This document shows positions 37,795 to 56,828 of a stretch of 64,000 nt of DNA, piece by piece. Origin of the DNA: Eledone cirrhosa (taxonomy: Eukaryota); assembly GCA_964016885.1 (NCBI GenBank), contig OZ024741.1, positions 328,786,001 to 328,850,000 on the forward strand. The letters run 5' to 3'. Under the pieces are notes generated by a model, which did not search any database, was not told where the DNA came from, and was given only the letters and a program-made list of their open reading frames with translations. Made by a program: the position numbers and the translations under genes. Position 1 is the first letter of the stretch. Every line of letters begins with the position of its first letter.

Positions 37795-39399
37795 AGATAT
37801 TCTTCAAAGACTCCAGTCGCATTTCCAATTTCCTTTCCTTATATATATTTTATAAAGAGCCGATGCCCGACACCTAAGCTCTGCTCATTTCACAGGTAGG
37901 TCCAGTTTCGAACTAGCGGTTGAAATAGCAATAGCTCGGTCGTCGGGCCATACTCTACTATCCTAAGCGTCGAGTACTCTGTTGGTTAATGATCTAACTA
38001 GTTTTAAACTGATTCTATCTTGATATAAATAGGAACCTTAATTACTTATGCATTATATTCGACGTAATCAGGAAACCCACACAGGAACCAAAGGAAATAC
38101 TCAGGTTTATTTACACCAATTCCAATCATTCGGCCAAAGCTTTCGTAACACCGGTAAGAATTATTATCGAAGGTCTGTCTTAACTTTAATTAGATACAGA
38201 AAACTCCAATTTTTCATGAACCTACAATAAAGAAACATGTCAAACTTCCAGACATAAGGATTATTTGAATATTTAAGTTATAGACTCCAACGGAGTCTCA
38301 CGCTAAACTGGTTCATACCCCCTTTTTCATTAATATCTTGAAATGCATGTTTAACATTAATTCACTGAATTCTGTGTTGGAAGATGACATGTTATCACTC
38401 TTGAGATTTTGGAGGTTAATAACACTGTTTTTATTGTTGTTGCTGTTATTGTGTTTTTGTTATTGTTCTTCTTTTGTTGCTGATTTTTTTTTTTATTATT
38501 ATTTACTGATACAAATCATCCTTAGCTCCAAAGACTTTGAGAATGTGATCAGACATTTTAAGGGGATCTAGGACTCGGACAATATTATCTAGTATGTAAT
38601 TTTTTTCCAGGGTTTGAAGCTAGGGTGTAATTTGAGGAATATCTAGCTGTCATTTCTAGCAAGTCAAAGTGTATCAAAGAGATTCACTCAATAGCAGTTT
38701 TACTACTAAATAGTAATGTTGTGAGACCTCCATGGATTAAGACGTTGCGTGTTTTACCCGGTCCGTGAAATTAACATGCATATGGCTGAACATTATATAG
38801 ACCCATGTTCACTTGATGTTATTCTCAGAGAGATTCAGTGTGACATATTTTATGACAAGGGTGGATCTTTGAAAGCATAGGTACAACTAATTTTTGTGCT
38901 AGATGAGAGGATTGAAAGAGCAGGAAACAAAGAGTCTTGATCAATGATACAATGCGCAGGCTACACCGAGCTCTTGATTTTGGAGGGTAATAGAGTAGAA
39001 GATCACAAAATAATGTGTCTTACTTAAAAATACAATGCGCAGGCCTAACTGAACATATGACCTTACATATAATCGTCAGCCGAGCACCCTAACCCCTAAG
39101 CAACACGTTTTCACTAGTATTAATAGATTGAATAGAAATATATCAAGTGTACCATCTTCTTTCATAAAGTCAATGTTGTTAATAGTGCAAAGACGTATTT
39201 ACGTTCACTATTTATTTTAGATGAAACAAAAACAAAGCATATCAGATATGATTCTGTTCGGTTGAACAGACAGCCTATACCGGAAAGATTGTAATGAAGA
39301 GTACACAAAAGTTTGAAGTAAACGTAGAAACGCAAACACAAACACACGTGTTTGTGTGTGTATGTAAGTGTGCGAGTACGCATATAAAAATATATGTAT

Positions 39400-40355
<956 letters not shown>

Positions 40356-40622
40356 CACGTCATCACTTTAGAGATGCAAGTATTTCAAGTAGTAGATGAA
40401 GGGAGCGATATTAATATTAATTGTGTCTGTGCTATGTTTCTCATTGAGGCATATTTATTCCGTCTACTTAAAACACACACTTCAATAGGAACAACTTCTA
40501 AAATCTGTAAAACATATGTTATGCCTTTGGTGTTTAACATTTGACGCAACGTGCTTAGATCTGAATTCAACGATGTTATTGATTCTTTTATACACTCTGT
40601 TGCACTAAAACATAAGTTGGTA

Positions 40623-41660
40623 TTTGTGATTGTGTGTTTGTGTGGGTAATACCTGTTTTTACATGCGTATAAGCGATATCTATGTGTTTATGAATCGGTT
40701 GTTTCTACATTTTACATATGTATAAGCGAGATGGGTGTGTTTGTTATTGTGTGTTTGTGTGGGTAATACCTGTTTTTATATGCGTATAAGCGATATCTCT
40801 GTGTTTATGAATCGGTTGTTTCTACATTTTACATATGTATAAGCGAGATGGGTGTGTTTGTGATTGTGTGTTTGTGTGGGTAATACCTGTTTTTACATGC
40901 GTATAAGCGATATCTCTGTGTTTATGAATCGGTTGTTTCTACATTTTACATATGTATAAGCGAGATGGGTGTGTTTGTGATTGTGTGTTTTCCTATTTTT
41001 GCATGTGTGTAAGATGTATGTTTGCGAATGTCCAGTTTCTATATTGTGCATGTGTATAAGTAAGTGGTATGTGTTTGCGTATGTACAGCTCCCCGTTGTG
41101 CATGTGTATGAAAGAGATGCATCTGTTTGTAAGTGTGAGGCTTTTTATAATTTACATGTATATAAGTGAGATGTATGTGTTTGTGATCAAACGGTCTCTT
41201 CATTTTGCATGTGTGTAAGCGAGATGTATGTGTTTGCGACTATGTGGTTCTCCGTTTTCATTTGCATAAGAGAGATGTATCTGTTTGTGAATGTAGTTTC
41301 TATACTCTGTATGTGTATAAGAGAGATGTGTGTGTGTTTGTAAATGTGGTTTCCATGTGTATGTATGCGAGATCTATGTGTCTGTGAATGTGTGGTTCCC
41401 TCTTTTCCATGTTTATAAGTGAGATGTATGTATTTGTACATGTGCGATTTCTATATTTTGCATGTATATAAGGGAGATGTATGTGCTTGCGATTATACGG
41501 TTTCTTTATTATGCATCTCTATAAGCGAGATGTTGGTGGTTGGTGAGTGTACGGTTCCTGTATTTTGTATGTGTAAGCGAGTGATATGGGTTTTTAAATG
41601 TGTGGTTCCTATATTTCGCATGTATGTATATGTAACGAAATAATTGTGTTTATGAATGTT
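40623..41660. repeat. Minisatellite: three near-identical 117-bp units followed by diverged ~59-bp monomers
   Basis: Units start at 40623, 40740 and 40857; the ATAAGCGAGATG...TGTTTG motif recurs about every 59 bp. Confidence 0.85.
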
Positions 41661-41997
41661 ATTTCTTATTTTTGCGTGGGCCTGAACGAGAGCGCGGGCG
41701 TCTACATATGTCTTCTGGTATGAATAATTTCACCCAAAACTGGCTCCTCCTACCTGTGGTAATTGGACAGTATATAATGCAACACCTCTAACACGCAACA
41801 TTTTTTTTACATACCTTGAAATGTAGCACCATAAAAAGTAAACGAGAAAGATTTTAAATGTAAAAAATATGTCGGGCTTCCCTGAGTTCCAACGATGGAG
41901 GTTCCAGGTGTTCAGACAACGGAACAGTTTGGTCGGAAATTTACATTTACTGAGCATTTTTAATTTCAGATACATTTTGCCAGGTAGACTGGAGGCA

Positions 41998-42077
41998 TCT
42001 TCTTCTTCTTCTTCTTCTTCTTCTTCTTCTTCTTCTTCTTCTTCTTCTTCTTCTTCTTCTTCTTCTTCTTCTTCTTC
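41998..42077. repeat. (TCT)n microsatellite
   Basis: Directly visible. Confidence 0.95.
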
Positions 42078-42687
42078 AGATATTGTCGTATTGTCGATGT
42101 AGGTATTTGACTCTTAAGAGCTTCTTTGCCCTTTGACAGGTTTTGTTTTTAGTCCTGTAGGATGTGGGGTTGCCACTTTAGTCGCCAACGACCCGACCAT
42201 GAGACAGGTTGTACTGGGATACATGTTACCAATAGCACCAACTGGTGACCAGACATAACATACATACATACATACAAACATACATACATACATACATACA
42301 TACATACATACATACATACATACATACATACATACATACATACATACACACATACATTCATACATACATAGATATATAATATAGATATATATATTCAAAA
42401 CGATAAGCAGACAAAGGACAAAAAAGAGAGAATGTATAACTGAGATGTCATTCACATACTTACATAAACACTAGAGTGGCTTACATTGTGATAAATGCAT
42501 AGATAAAAAAATCAATAGATCCAATCATTACATATAATCGATAAACTTATAGATATATTGATGTACTAACTTCGTGATATGTATATATCTGGTAGATTTA
42601 TCTCTTCCAATTATTTTTATCTACCTACATTAATATTGAATCATATATCAAATACCAAGGGAGGGAAACATTATTAATTGAAATCAT

Positions 42688-42821
42688 TTGAACTCAATCC
42701 TTTGCGGATTGAGTTCAAATCCCGCCGAGGTTAACTTTGCCTTTCATCCTTACGGGGTCGATAAAATAAAGTACCAGTAATGCACTGGATAATTGCTGGC
42801 CTTGTGCCAAAAGTAGAAACA
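42688..42821 (+). mobile_element. 5'-truncated SINE with fold-back 5' junction and 18-bp TSD
   Basis: ATTATTAATTGAAATCAT at 42670-42687 and 42822-42839. Confidence 0.9.
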
Positions 42822-43033
42822 ATTATTAATTGAAATCATATGAATATCATATTTTTTTTTTTAACTTGTATTACAGGCTTGACTGAATGTTTCAGTGGTT
42901 CGCTTCGTAAATATGTTGTTCTCGATTTAGTGCCACTGCCCGACTCCTTGTGCAAGTTTCCCTCTATTGTAGCCTCAGATGTATCAAAGACTTGTGAGTT
43001 TACTTCGGTAGACAGAAACCGCAGAATGCCGTC

Positions 43034-43102
<69 letters not shown>

Positions 43103-43293
43103 AATCTACCAAAATAAACGGTAGTGTCCAATCCGTATGAGGTACTCAATGTAATCCAAATATAGAAGATATCATGAAAAGAGAAAATGCATTCAAAATT
43201 TAACGATAAAAATCATAGGTAAACAGAGTCAAGATAAATTAATAAAAACAATGAAATAAAAACAAAACAGGTTCCTTATATTGAACAAATCAC

Positions 43294-43426
43294 CATTTTA
43301 CGATCGTTTCTGGGATATATATGTGTGTTCGTATGTATATCATGTTAAAGATCTATGTAAAAAAATATTACAAATTATCAGAGGAGATATACATACCTTC
43401 ACCTATACGTGCCATCTTCAGAAATG
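43294..43426 (-). ncRNA. Hammerhead ribozyme with ~100-nt stem II insertion
   Basis: Minus strand CAUUU-CUGAAGA-UGG...(GUAUGUAUAUC/GAUAUACAUAC)...CCA-GAAAC-GAUC-GUA-AAAUG; all core nucleotides canonical. Confidence 0.7.
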
Positions 43427-43983
43427 ATGAAGTATGTTTATTGAAAGAAACAAAGTATTAATACAAAAAATCTGTTTGGGAACAGGTTTTGAATTGACCA
43501 ATAGAAAAGAGTTAGAGGTCAAGTTAATAGAGTAACAGTAGTAGAACTTTATGCTAGGAGTGGATGAATGTAAATGTATGCTTTGAATGAAAAGAATACA
43601 ATTTCATGTTTTAGTCTGACTACTAGGATTAATTATATCATTCAATCATAGAATTAGAAAAACCTTCAAATATTATAAACTTAATTAATATATACCTCAC
43701 CCTTATATTCTACAAATTATTATAATTAATTTTTAAAATTTTTTTAAAATTTAGTTAACCTATAATTAGATATTTACTACAGAGAATTTGATAATTTTAT
43801 TTCCCTCTTGCAGCTAACTTTACCTAAGGCTATCTTTAACCTCACTACTTCCTTTAACCGCATCCCCTATTTATCACATTTAATACATGGGATTAGTAAA
43901 TATAATTAACATCTTTAATATTATGGATGTTTAGATAGATACACTACTTTTTATAAAATGTTATCTATTTCAGTTTTTCTCTC

Positions 43984-44035
<52 letters not shown>

Positions 44036-44038
<3 letters not shown>

Positions 44039-45402
44039 GATAATAAGGGCGCTGCGGAGTTGCAAATGGGTTACATATGAAACAAGTTTGTCCTTCATCA
44101 GTGATCTTCCAACTATCATAGGCATTTCATCGCTTTAAAGACCATATACCTCCGGTTGGTGCGAGCAACGGCTAAAAAAAGTCGGTGGGACACGTAAATA
44201 AAGGGGACACGAGGGTAAACAAACAAAATGGTGAAGCAACAGAAAGTGAGGAAGAAGGAGACAAGTCCCAGATTTCGATGAATTTAAGTTCGGCGAAATC
44301 GTGATCGAGAGAATAAAGACCATCAAACCTGGTTCAAATGTGAGCAAGGAAGGAATTTCGCACAGGTCTAACGGGAGGAAGAAGGGGTCTGGTCTGCGAA
44401 TTCGGTGAACATAAGTTCTGTGAAATCGTAGACGAGAGAGAAAAGAAATTCCGACCAGCTTGGCCGAGAATGTGAGAGAAAAGAATTACTCACAGGTCAA
44501 ACGGGAAGAAAGAGGAGGAGGAGAGGTAGTGACAGAAAATGAGTGAGTGAAGGGTGAGGAAGAGGCTAACAGAGAGAGAGACTGCTCGAAAGGGTAAATA
44601 TACATAGAACGAAAAAGACGGTGTAGCAGCAGAGGAAAAAAATGTGTAAATATGATAATAAGGGCGCTGCGGAGTTGCAAATGGGTTACATATGAAAAAA
44701 GTTTGTCCTTCATCAGTGATCTTCCAACTATCATAGGCATTTCATCGCTTTAAAGACCATATACCTCCGGTTGGTGCGAGCAACGGCTAAAAAAAGTCGT
44801 TGGGACACGTAAATAAAGGGGACACGAGGGTAAACAAACAAAATGGTGAAGCAACAGAAAGTGAGGAAGAAGGAGACAAGTCCCAGATTTCGATGAATTT
44901 AAGTTCGGTGAAATCGTGAACGAGAGAATAAAGACCATCAAATCTGGTTGAAATGTGAGCAAGGAAGGAATTTCGCACAGGTCTAACGGGAGGAAGAAGG
45001 GGTCTGGTCTGCGAATTCGGTAAACATAAGTTCTGTGAAATCGTAGACGAGAGAGAAAAAAAATTCCGACCAGCTTGGCCGAGAATGTAAGAGAAAAGAA
45101 TTACTCACAGGTCAAACGGGAAGAAAGAGGAGGAGGAGAGGTAGTGACAGAGAATGAGTGAGTGAAGGGTGAGGAAGAGGCTAACAGAGAGAGTAGAATT
45201 TCCAAAACTGATCAGATTAGAGCAAACATCACGGGCGCACTATCTCAAAATTATTTTTGAAAAGCATTAGAAATGCGCAACCGGTAAAAACTTAAAACCA
45301 AAACTGAATACTAACCAATACTTATTACTAATTTTTACTCATTCCTAATTAAACTATTTTTCACTGGGAACAATTTGTCAGCATTTTCTTTTCCTTTTAC
45401 CA

Positions 45403-45404
<2 letters not shown>
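44036..45404 (-). mobile_element. Non-autonomous element: 615-bp unit x1.9 fused to an inverted Neptune pLTR fragment
   Basis: Units start at 44036 and 44651; 45193-45404 matches 32453-32658; (TA)n on both sides. Confidence 0.8.
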
Positions 45405-45460
<56 letters not shown>

Positions 45461-47708
45461 CGAAAGTCTAATATGGTTCATTGATTACTCAATGAATATA
45501 GTTTTGCAATAGATTAAAAGCACTCTACAAAAAGGTTTTCTGGAGTTATTATTATTCACAATAATGATAAATGAAGACATTCACATATTAAAAATATATG
45601 TTTTATTATATATATTTCGAAGGTATAGTCAGATAAAATACAAGAATTGATGTATGACATACCTGACCGCTCTTGAAAGTTCAATTCCAGTATTGGCAGT
45701 GATTTATTACAACAAATCTCAATATTTATATATCACAAATAATAACACGATAAACTTAAATTTAAAGAAGAAGAGGGTGTGGAGCGAGATATGGGTATAT
45801 GGAGTGGGTTACTATGAGGAAATGCAGTAAGAAAATAAATAAACACCTACATACATAAATATTTAAATGAGTAACTAGAAGTATTGGGGAATAAATATAT
45901 AAAAAGAAAAAGGAAGAGAGAGATACGAGAGAGGAATAAAGAAGAAATAACGACAAAAAAGAAAGAAAGAAATGGCGTGGAAAGGTATACAGACCGTTGT
46001 TTTCAAATATTAAGTCAAATTGAAGCAACCAATTAGATAACATGAAATTTTTAATATCTTTTGTATTTGGTTATGTTTAAGCTAATTATACTTATATATT
46101 ATATCAAAATTAAACCATATAAAAATATTTTTTAAGTGATCAGATATATAGTTTAATCAAGTAATATATTCAATAAATATTTTGTTACAACATTTAAAAA
46201 CCTTTTTATCTTTAAAGCATATTTAAATAATTATTAAATATATATAAATATATTTATTAAAACGTGTGTATATATCACCATCAGTATATATATTTTATAT
46301 TACATTAAGAATATTTGTTATCTGAATTATTCTATTTTCTTTATAAAATCATTTCAGTTCATTGGTTGAAGGAATTTCGCACAGGTAATCATTACAGGAT
46401 TAATTTGTAGTTATATTTATTCTCAAAAATGTTATTATTTCTAATTTACTTCAATAATTACTTATTATTATATATAGTTTCCCTTTAAGGATTACCATAT
46501 ATTATTAAACTGTATAAATCATGTTAAATATACTTTAGCAAGCTATTCGGACAGAACAAAATTATTTACGAAGAATGTAAACAAAGGAAGATAACTCGTT
46601 CATCATATGTGAACATTTAAGACGTTTAAAACATTTAAGTATTCTGAAAACCAAAATATATTTCAAACCACAAATCAAGAAATTTCTAGTTAACCAATGA
46701 CCTTTCTAAATCCACACATAGGATACTGATACACATCATGGAATTAATTTACTAGATAAAAACGACAAATAATATTTACCGGTATTTCATACCAAGTAAC
46801 CGAGGATAAATTTTAAAGACCACAAAAGAAATTTTGATGAGTACTTACCTGTTAGAATTATTGCACCTTCGAAATCAGATCTTGGAATAATTAGTAAAAA
46901 CATAATAAATAGGATTTTGCCAACGTTAAAATTGAGGTCAAAGCTTAACCCATGGAAGGACACTAGTGAAGTCATAGATTGGTTCAATAATATTGAAAAT
47001 AAGAAAAATCATAAATTCATTCAAATGGACATAGTGAGTTATTATTCCTCAATAATTCCTAACTTACTAAATAAGGCCCTTTCTTATGCATCAAATTTCG
47101 CCTTGCTGTTAAAATAATATTTATCTCATCACTAGATAGATCCGTGTGTTTATGCATATAAACACACGGATCTATCTAGTGATGAGATAAATATCATTTT
47201 AACGGTAAGGCGAACCTTGATTGATTTTAATAATGATTTTTGGACTAGATTTGATAGGCTGAAGAACTTTTACATTACTATGGGCTCGTCTGATTCGGCG
47301 CAAGTTACCGATCTTGTGGTAATTTTCATCCTTAATATGATAAATAGAAAACTGCCGGAGATTACCGGTGGTTTATATAGAGAGGACATATTATTTACTG
47401 TAGATAGACATAATAATAGCGAATTAAATAGAGTAAACAAAGTAATTATAGAATTCTTTAAAAACTATGACCTGCAATTAGAAGTAGAAAATAACAATAA
47501 AATATTTAATTTTTTAGATGTAACTCTTAATGTGAACTCAGACCTCTATTACCCCTTCCATAAAGTCAATGAAAAATTAAATTATGCTAGTTGTTACTCT
47601 AATCATCCTAAAAGTGTTAAAAATGCAGTAGTCAACAGTGTCCAACAACGAATATCTAGACTATCTGCTAATAGATCCATATTTAATAGTAAAGCAGTAT
47701 ATTATAAT

Positions 47709-47894
47709 TGTTTCTACTTTAGGCACAAGGCCAGCAATTACCCAGTGCATTACTGGTACTTCATTTTATCGACCCCGTAAGGATGAAAGGCAAAGTCAAC
47801 CTCAGCGGGATTTGAACTCAGATCGTAAAGGGACGTAACTATGCTGGAAAGCATGGCGTCCGACCCTCTACTGATACTGCCAATCCACCGCCCT
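47709..47894 (-). mobile_element. SINE nested in the PLE RT
   Basis: TSD AGTATATTATAAT (47696-47708, 47895-47907); excision restores KAVYYNEALHKSGY. Confidence 0.92.
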
Positions 47895-48283
47895 AGTATA
47901 TTATAATGAAGCGTTACATAAATCAGGATATAAAAATAATATTGAATATGTGGAAGAAAATAATATAATTTATAATCGCAGTATTCATAATAACAATAAT
48001 GGAATTGACTATAAAAGCAACAACTTAAGGAATACATTGGGGAAGAATATAAGGACTTGATCTATAATTTGGTATGCTCCGCCAGCATCTTTACCTATTA
48101 AAACACATTCAGCACATTTATTTTTTAAAGCCTTGGATAAATATTTCCCTAGATCACATAGGTATCACTCTATATTTAATAGAAACACAGTTAAACTCTC
48201 TTACTCAACAACTATGAATATTGCTCAAAATATAGCAAAAGTAAATAGTAAAAATCTTAATTTGAACTGGCATATAATTAGCG

Positions 48284-48319
<36 letters not shown>

Positions 48320-48541
48320 TATTAGTTAATAGGAATAACAATAATAATAGTTTAAATACGAATAATAATAGAACACCTCTAAATAATAATAGAACACCTC
48401 TAAATAACAATAATATGAATAGTTTAGGTTATAGAAATAACACCGAAATGAATTGTAACTGTAGAAGGAAATCTGAATGCCCTTTACAAAATAACTGCCT
48501 TGACAATAATCTAGTGTATAAATGTACCATTAAGACTAATA

Positions 48542-48726
48542 ATTGTTTCTACTTTTAGATTGCACAAGGCCAGCAATTACTCAGTACATTACTGGTACTT
48601 TATTTTATCGACCCCGTAAGGATGAAAGGCAAAGTCAACTTCGGCGGGATTTGAACTCAGTCGGTAAAGGGACGTAACTCTATGCTAGAAAGTATGGCGT
48701 CCAACTCTCTACCGATACTGCCAATC
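48542..48726 (-). mobile_element. SINE nested in the PLE endonuclease
   Basis: TSD TACCATTAAGACTAATA; excision restores [16 protein letters not shown]. Confidence 0.92.
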
Positions 48727-48847
48727 TACCATTAAGACTAATACTAATAATACATATGACTACATTGGTGCCACTTCATCTAAGTTTAAGTTTCGCTTTT
48801 ACAATCATAAACATTCTTTTTCAAATCCAGATAAAAAAATATATATG

Positions 48848-52070
<3,223 letters not shown>

Positions 52071-52071
52071 T

Positions 52072-52132
52072 ATATGTCTGAGGAAGGCATACCATATTTT
52101 TAATATGATATCCCTGAAATATATATAATGAA
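52072..52132 (+). ncRNA. Hammerhead motif of the same family as 21511/22797 (copies at 55514-55575 and 57126-57186)
   Basis: CUGAGGA-AGGCAUACCAUAUU-UUU-AAUAUGAUAUCCCU-GAAA-UAUAUAUA; the downstream AAATAAATATGGTTTTATAAA is shared with 22851-22895. Confidence 0.7.
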
Positions 52133-52267
52133 ATAAATATGGTTTTATAAATATAGTTTCCATTTGTTTAATATCGTAAATCTACTCCAAAACTTGTTGA
52201 GTGCTTTTATATCAGTTATAAAATATTTACTCGTTGTAACCCAACAATTTTTTAATAAAACTTCTGC

Positions 52268-52472
<205 letters not shown>

Positions 52473-53596
52473 GATAATTTAATATATCTACTAACATAAG
52501 CGCACAGATGTACGCTAATGCCAGCAAATACACAGGTTATGTCATAGTACCTAGGTGGTTCAATGCAGGAGAATGCAGAACAATAATATAAAAGACGTAA
52601 AATAAGAAAAGTTTTTAAAAATTTTTTTAGAAAATTTACTCACTTACTAAATTTTCACTCCAACTAATTAGTTTCTGCAATGGGATAAAGACAGTTACGT
52701 AATGAACTGTTGAGAATTTCATTGCGTCATCAGGGAGGTCATTCTCAGCCGAGTCTCCAGGCAATGCCGGGACACTGGGGACTCATATAAAAATAATAAT
52801 AATTCGGTAAATGGAACAGCTATCGAGGACTGGATTCCAGCTACTGAAAATTCTCACTGCCACTGATCATATGCCGATTCTAAAGAATCAATCACGTGAC
52901 ACAGAGGCTAGTCAGTAGGAATGGGATGGTAAGATGACAGACGCCTACTAACACCCCCCAAAAAAATTAGAAGTGGTTTTGTCAGGTTTGCTCGACAAAT
53001 CAGTGATTTGGAGATAAATATAGATAATTTAATATATCTACTAACATAAGCGCACAGATGTACGCTAATGCCAGCAAATACACAGGTTATGTCATAGTAC
53101 CTAGGTGGTTCAATGCAGGAGAATGCAGAACAATAATATAAAAGACGTAAAATAAGAAAATTTTTTTTTTAATTTTTTTAAAAAATTTACTCACTTACTT
53201 AAATTTTCACTCCAACTAATTAGTTTCTGCAATGGGATAAAGACAGTTACGTAATGAACTGTTGAGAATGTCATTGCGTCATCAGGGAGGTCATTCTCAG
53301 CCGAGTCTCCAGGCAATGCGCGGACACTGGGGACTCATATAAAAATAATAATAATTCGGTAAATGTAACAGCTATCGAGGACTGGATTCCAGCTACTGAA
53401 AATTCTCACTGCCACTGATCATATGGCCGATTCTAAAGAATCAATCACGTGACACAGAGGCTAGTCAGTAGGAATGGGATGGTAAGATGACAGACGCCTA
53501 CTAACACCCCCATTGCAGAAACTAATTAGTTGGAGTGAAGATTTAAGTAAGTAAATTTTTTTTTTAAATTCTTTTTAAAATTTTTCTTATTTTACG

Positions 53597-53681
<85 letters not shown>

Positions 53682-53706
53682 CATATATATATGTATATAT
53701 ATATAC

Positions 53707-53780
<74 letters not shown>

Positions 53781-53782
53781 CA

Positions 53783-53850
<68 letters not shown>

Positions 53851-53851
53851 C

Positions 53852-53933
<82 letters not shown>

Positions 53934-53939
53934 ATATAC

Positions 53940-53970
<31 letters not shown>

Positions 53971-54002
53971 AACGGAAAAAATGAAACGATATTGTACATA
54001 CT

Positions 54003-54181
<179 letters not shown>

Positions 54182-54224
54182 ACATATATATATATATATA
54201 TATACATATATATGTATATACATA

Positions 54225-54258
<34 letters not shown>

Positions 54259-54353
54259 CATATATATATACATATATATATACATATATATATATATACA
54301 TATATATAAACATATATATATACATATATATATATATACATATATATATATAC

Positions 54354-54384
<31 letters not shown>

Positions 54385-54437
54385 CATATATATATACATA
54401 TATATATACATATATATATATATACATATATATATAC

Positions 54438-54534
<97 letters not shown>

Positions 54535-54535
54535 C

Positions 54536-54586
<51 letters not shown>

Positions 54587-54625
54587 TATAATAACATACA
54601 TATATATATACATATATATATATAC

Positions 54626-54658
<33 letters not shown>

Positions 54659-54759
54659 CATATATATATATGTACATACATATATATATATATATATACA
54701 TACATATATATATATACATATATATATATATACATACATATATATAAATATATACATAC

Positions 54760-54816
<57 letters not shown>

Positions 54817-54833
54817 CATATATATAATATACA

Positions 54834-54867
<34 letters not shown>

Positions 54868-54882
54868 CATATATATATATAC

Positions 54883-54915
<33 letters not shown>

Positions 54916-54928
54916 CATATATTATATA

Positions 54929-55025
<97 letters not shown>

Positions 55026-55026
55026 C

Positions 55027-55075
<49 letters not shown>

Positions 55076-55076
55076 C

Positions 55077-55127
<51 letters not shown>

Positions 55128-55214
55128 CATATATATATACATATATATACGTATATATACATATATATACGTATATATATACATATATATACGTATATAT
55201 ATACATATATATAC

Positions 55215-55268
<54 letters not shown>

Positions 55269-55359
55269 TACATATATATATACATATATATACGTATATA
55301 TATACATATATATACGTATATATATACATATATATACGTATATATATACATATATATAC

Positions 55360-55400
<41 letters not shown>

Positions 55401-55708
55401 CATATATGTCTGAGGAAGGCATACCATATTATATATAATATATATACATATATTTATTTATATATATATATTTATATATTTATTTATATATATATATATA
55501 TACATATATACATATATGTCTGAGGAAGGCATACCATATTTTTAATATGATATCCCTGAAATATATATAATGAAATAAATATGGTTTTATAAATATAGTT
55601 TCCATTTGTTTAATATCGTAAATCTACTCCAAAACTTGTTGAGTGCTTTTATATCAGTTATAAAATATTTACTCGTTGTAACCCAACAATTTTTTAATAA
55701 ACTTCTGC

Positions 55709-55883
<175 letters not shown>

Positions 55884-55884
55884 C

Positions 55885-55917
<33 letters not shown>

Positions 55918-56828
55918 GATAATTTAATATATCTACTAACATAAGCGCACAGATGTACGCTAATGCCAGCAAATACACAGGTTATGTCATAGTACCTAGG
56001 TGGTTCAATGCAGGAGAATGCAGAACAATAATATAAAAGACGTAAAATAAGAAAATGTTTTTAAAAATTTTTTTAGAAAATTTACTCACTTACTTAAATT
56101 TTCACTCCAACTAATTAGTTTCTGCAATGGGATAAAGACAGTTACGTAATGAACTGTTGAGAATTTCATTGCGTCATCAGGGAGGTCATTCTCAGCCGAG
56201 TCTCCAGGCAATGCCGGGACACTGGGGACTCATATAAAAATAATAATAATTCGGTAAATGGAACAGCTATCGAGGACTGGATTCCAGCTACTGAAAATTC
56301 TCACTGCCACTGATCATATGGCCGATTCTAAAGAATCAATCACGTGACACAGAGGCTAGTCAGTAGGAATGGGATGGTAAGATGACAGACGCCTACTAAC
56401 ACCCCCCAAAAAAATTTAGAAGTGGTTTTGTCAGGTTTGCTCGACAAATCAGTGATTGGAGATAAATATAGATAATTTAATATATCTACTAACATAAGCG
56501 CACAGATGTACGCTAATGCCAGCAAATACACAGGTTATGTCATAGTACCTAGGTGGTTCAATGCAGGAGAATGCAGAACAATAATATAAAAGACGTAAAA
56601 TAAGAAAATTTTTTTTTTTAATTTTTTTAAAAATTTACTCACTTACTTAAATTTTCACTCCAACTAATTAGTTTCTGCAATGGGATAAAGACAGTTACGT
56701 AATGAACTGTTGAGAATGTCATTGCGTCATCAGGGAGGTCATTCTCAGCCGAGTCTCCAGGCAATGCGCGGACACTGGGGACTCATATAAAAATAATAAT
56801 AATTCGGTAAATGTAACAGCTATCGAGG

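Larger units (their letters stand above)
46790..48840 (+). pseudogene. 5'-truncated Penelope-like RT plus GIY-YIG endonuclease (a different clade from the Neptune copy, possibly Nematis-like)
   Basis: RIIAPSKSDLG, QMDIVSYYSSI, ITMGSSDSAQVTDLV, GLYREDIL, NFLDVTL, SNHP, IFNRNTVKLSYS, CNCRRKSECPLQNNCL..LVYKC...[20 protein letters not shown] once the two SINEs are removed. Confidence 0.85.

Noticed and set aside
40623-41660. Regularly spaced motif resembling a CRISPR array
   Set aside because: The intervening sequences are homologous to each other, the context is eukaryotic and there are no cas genes; it is a minisatellite
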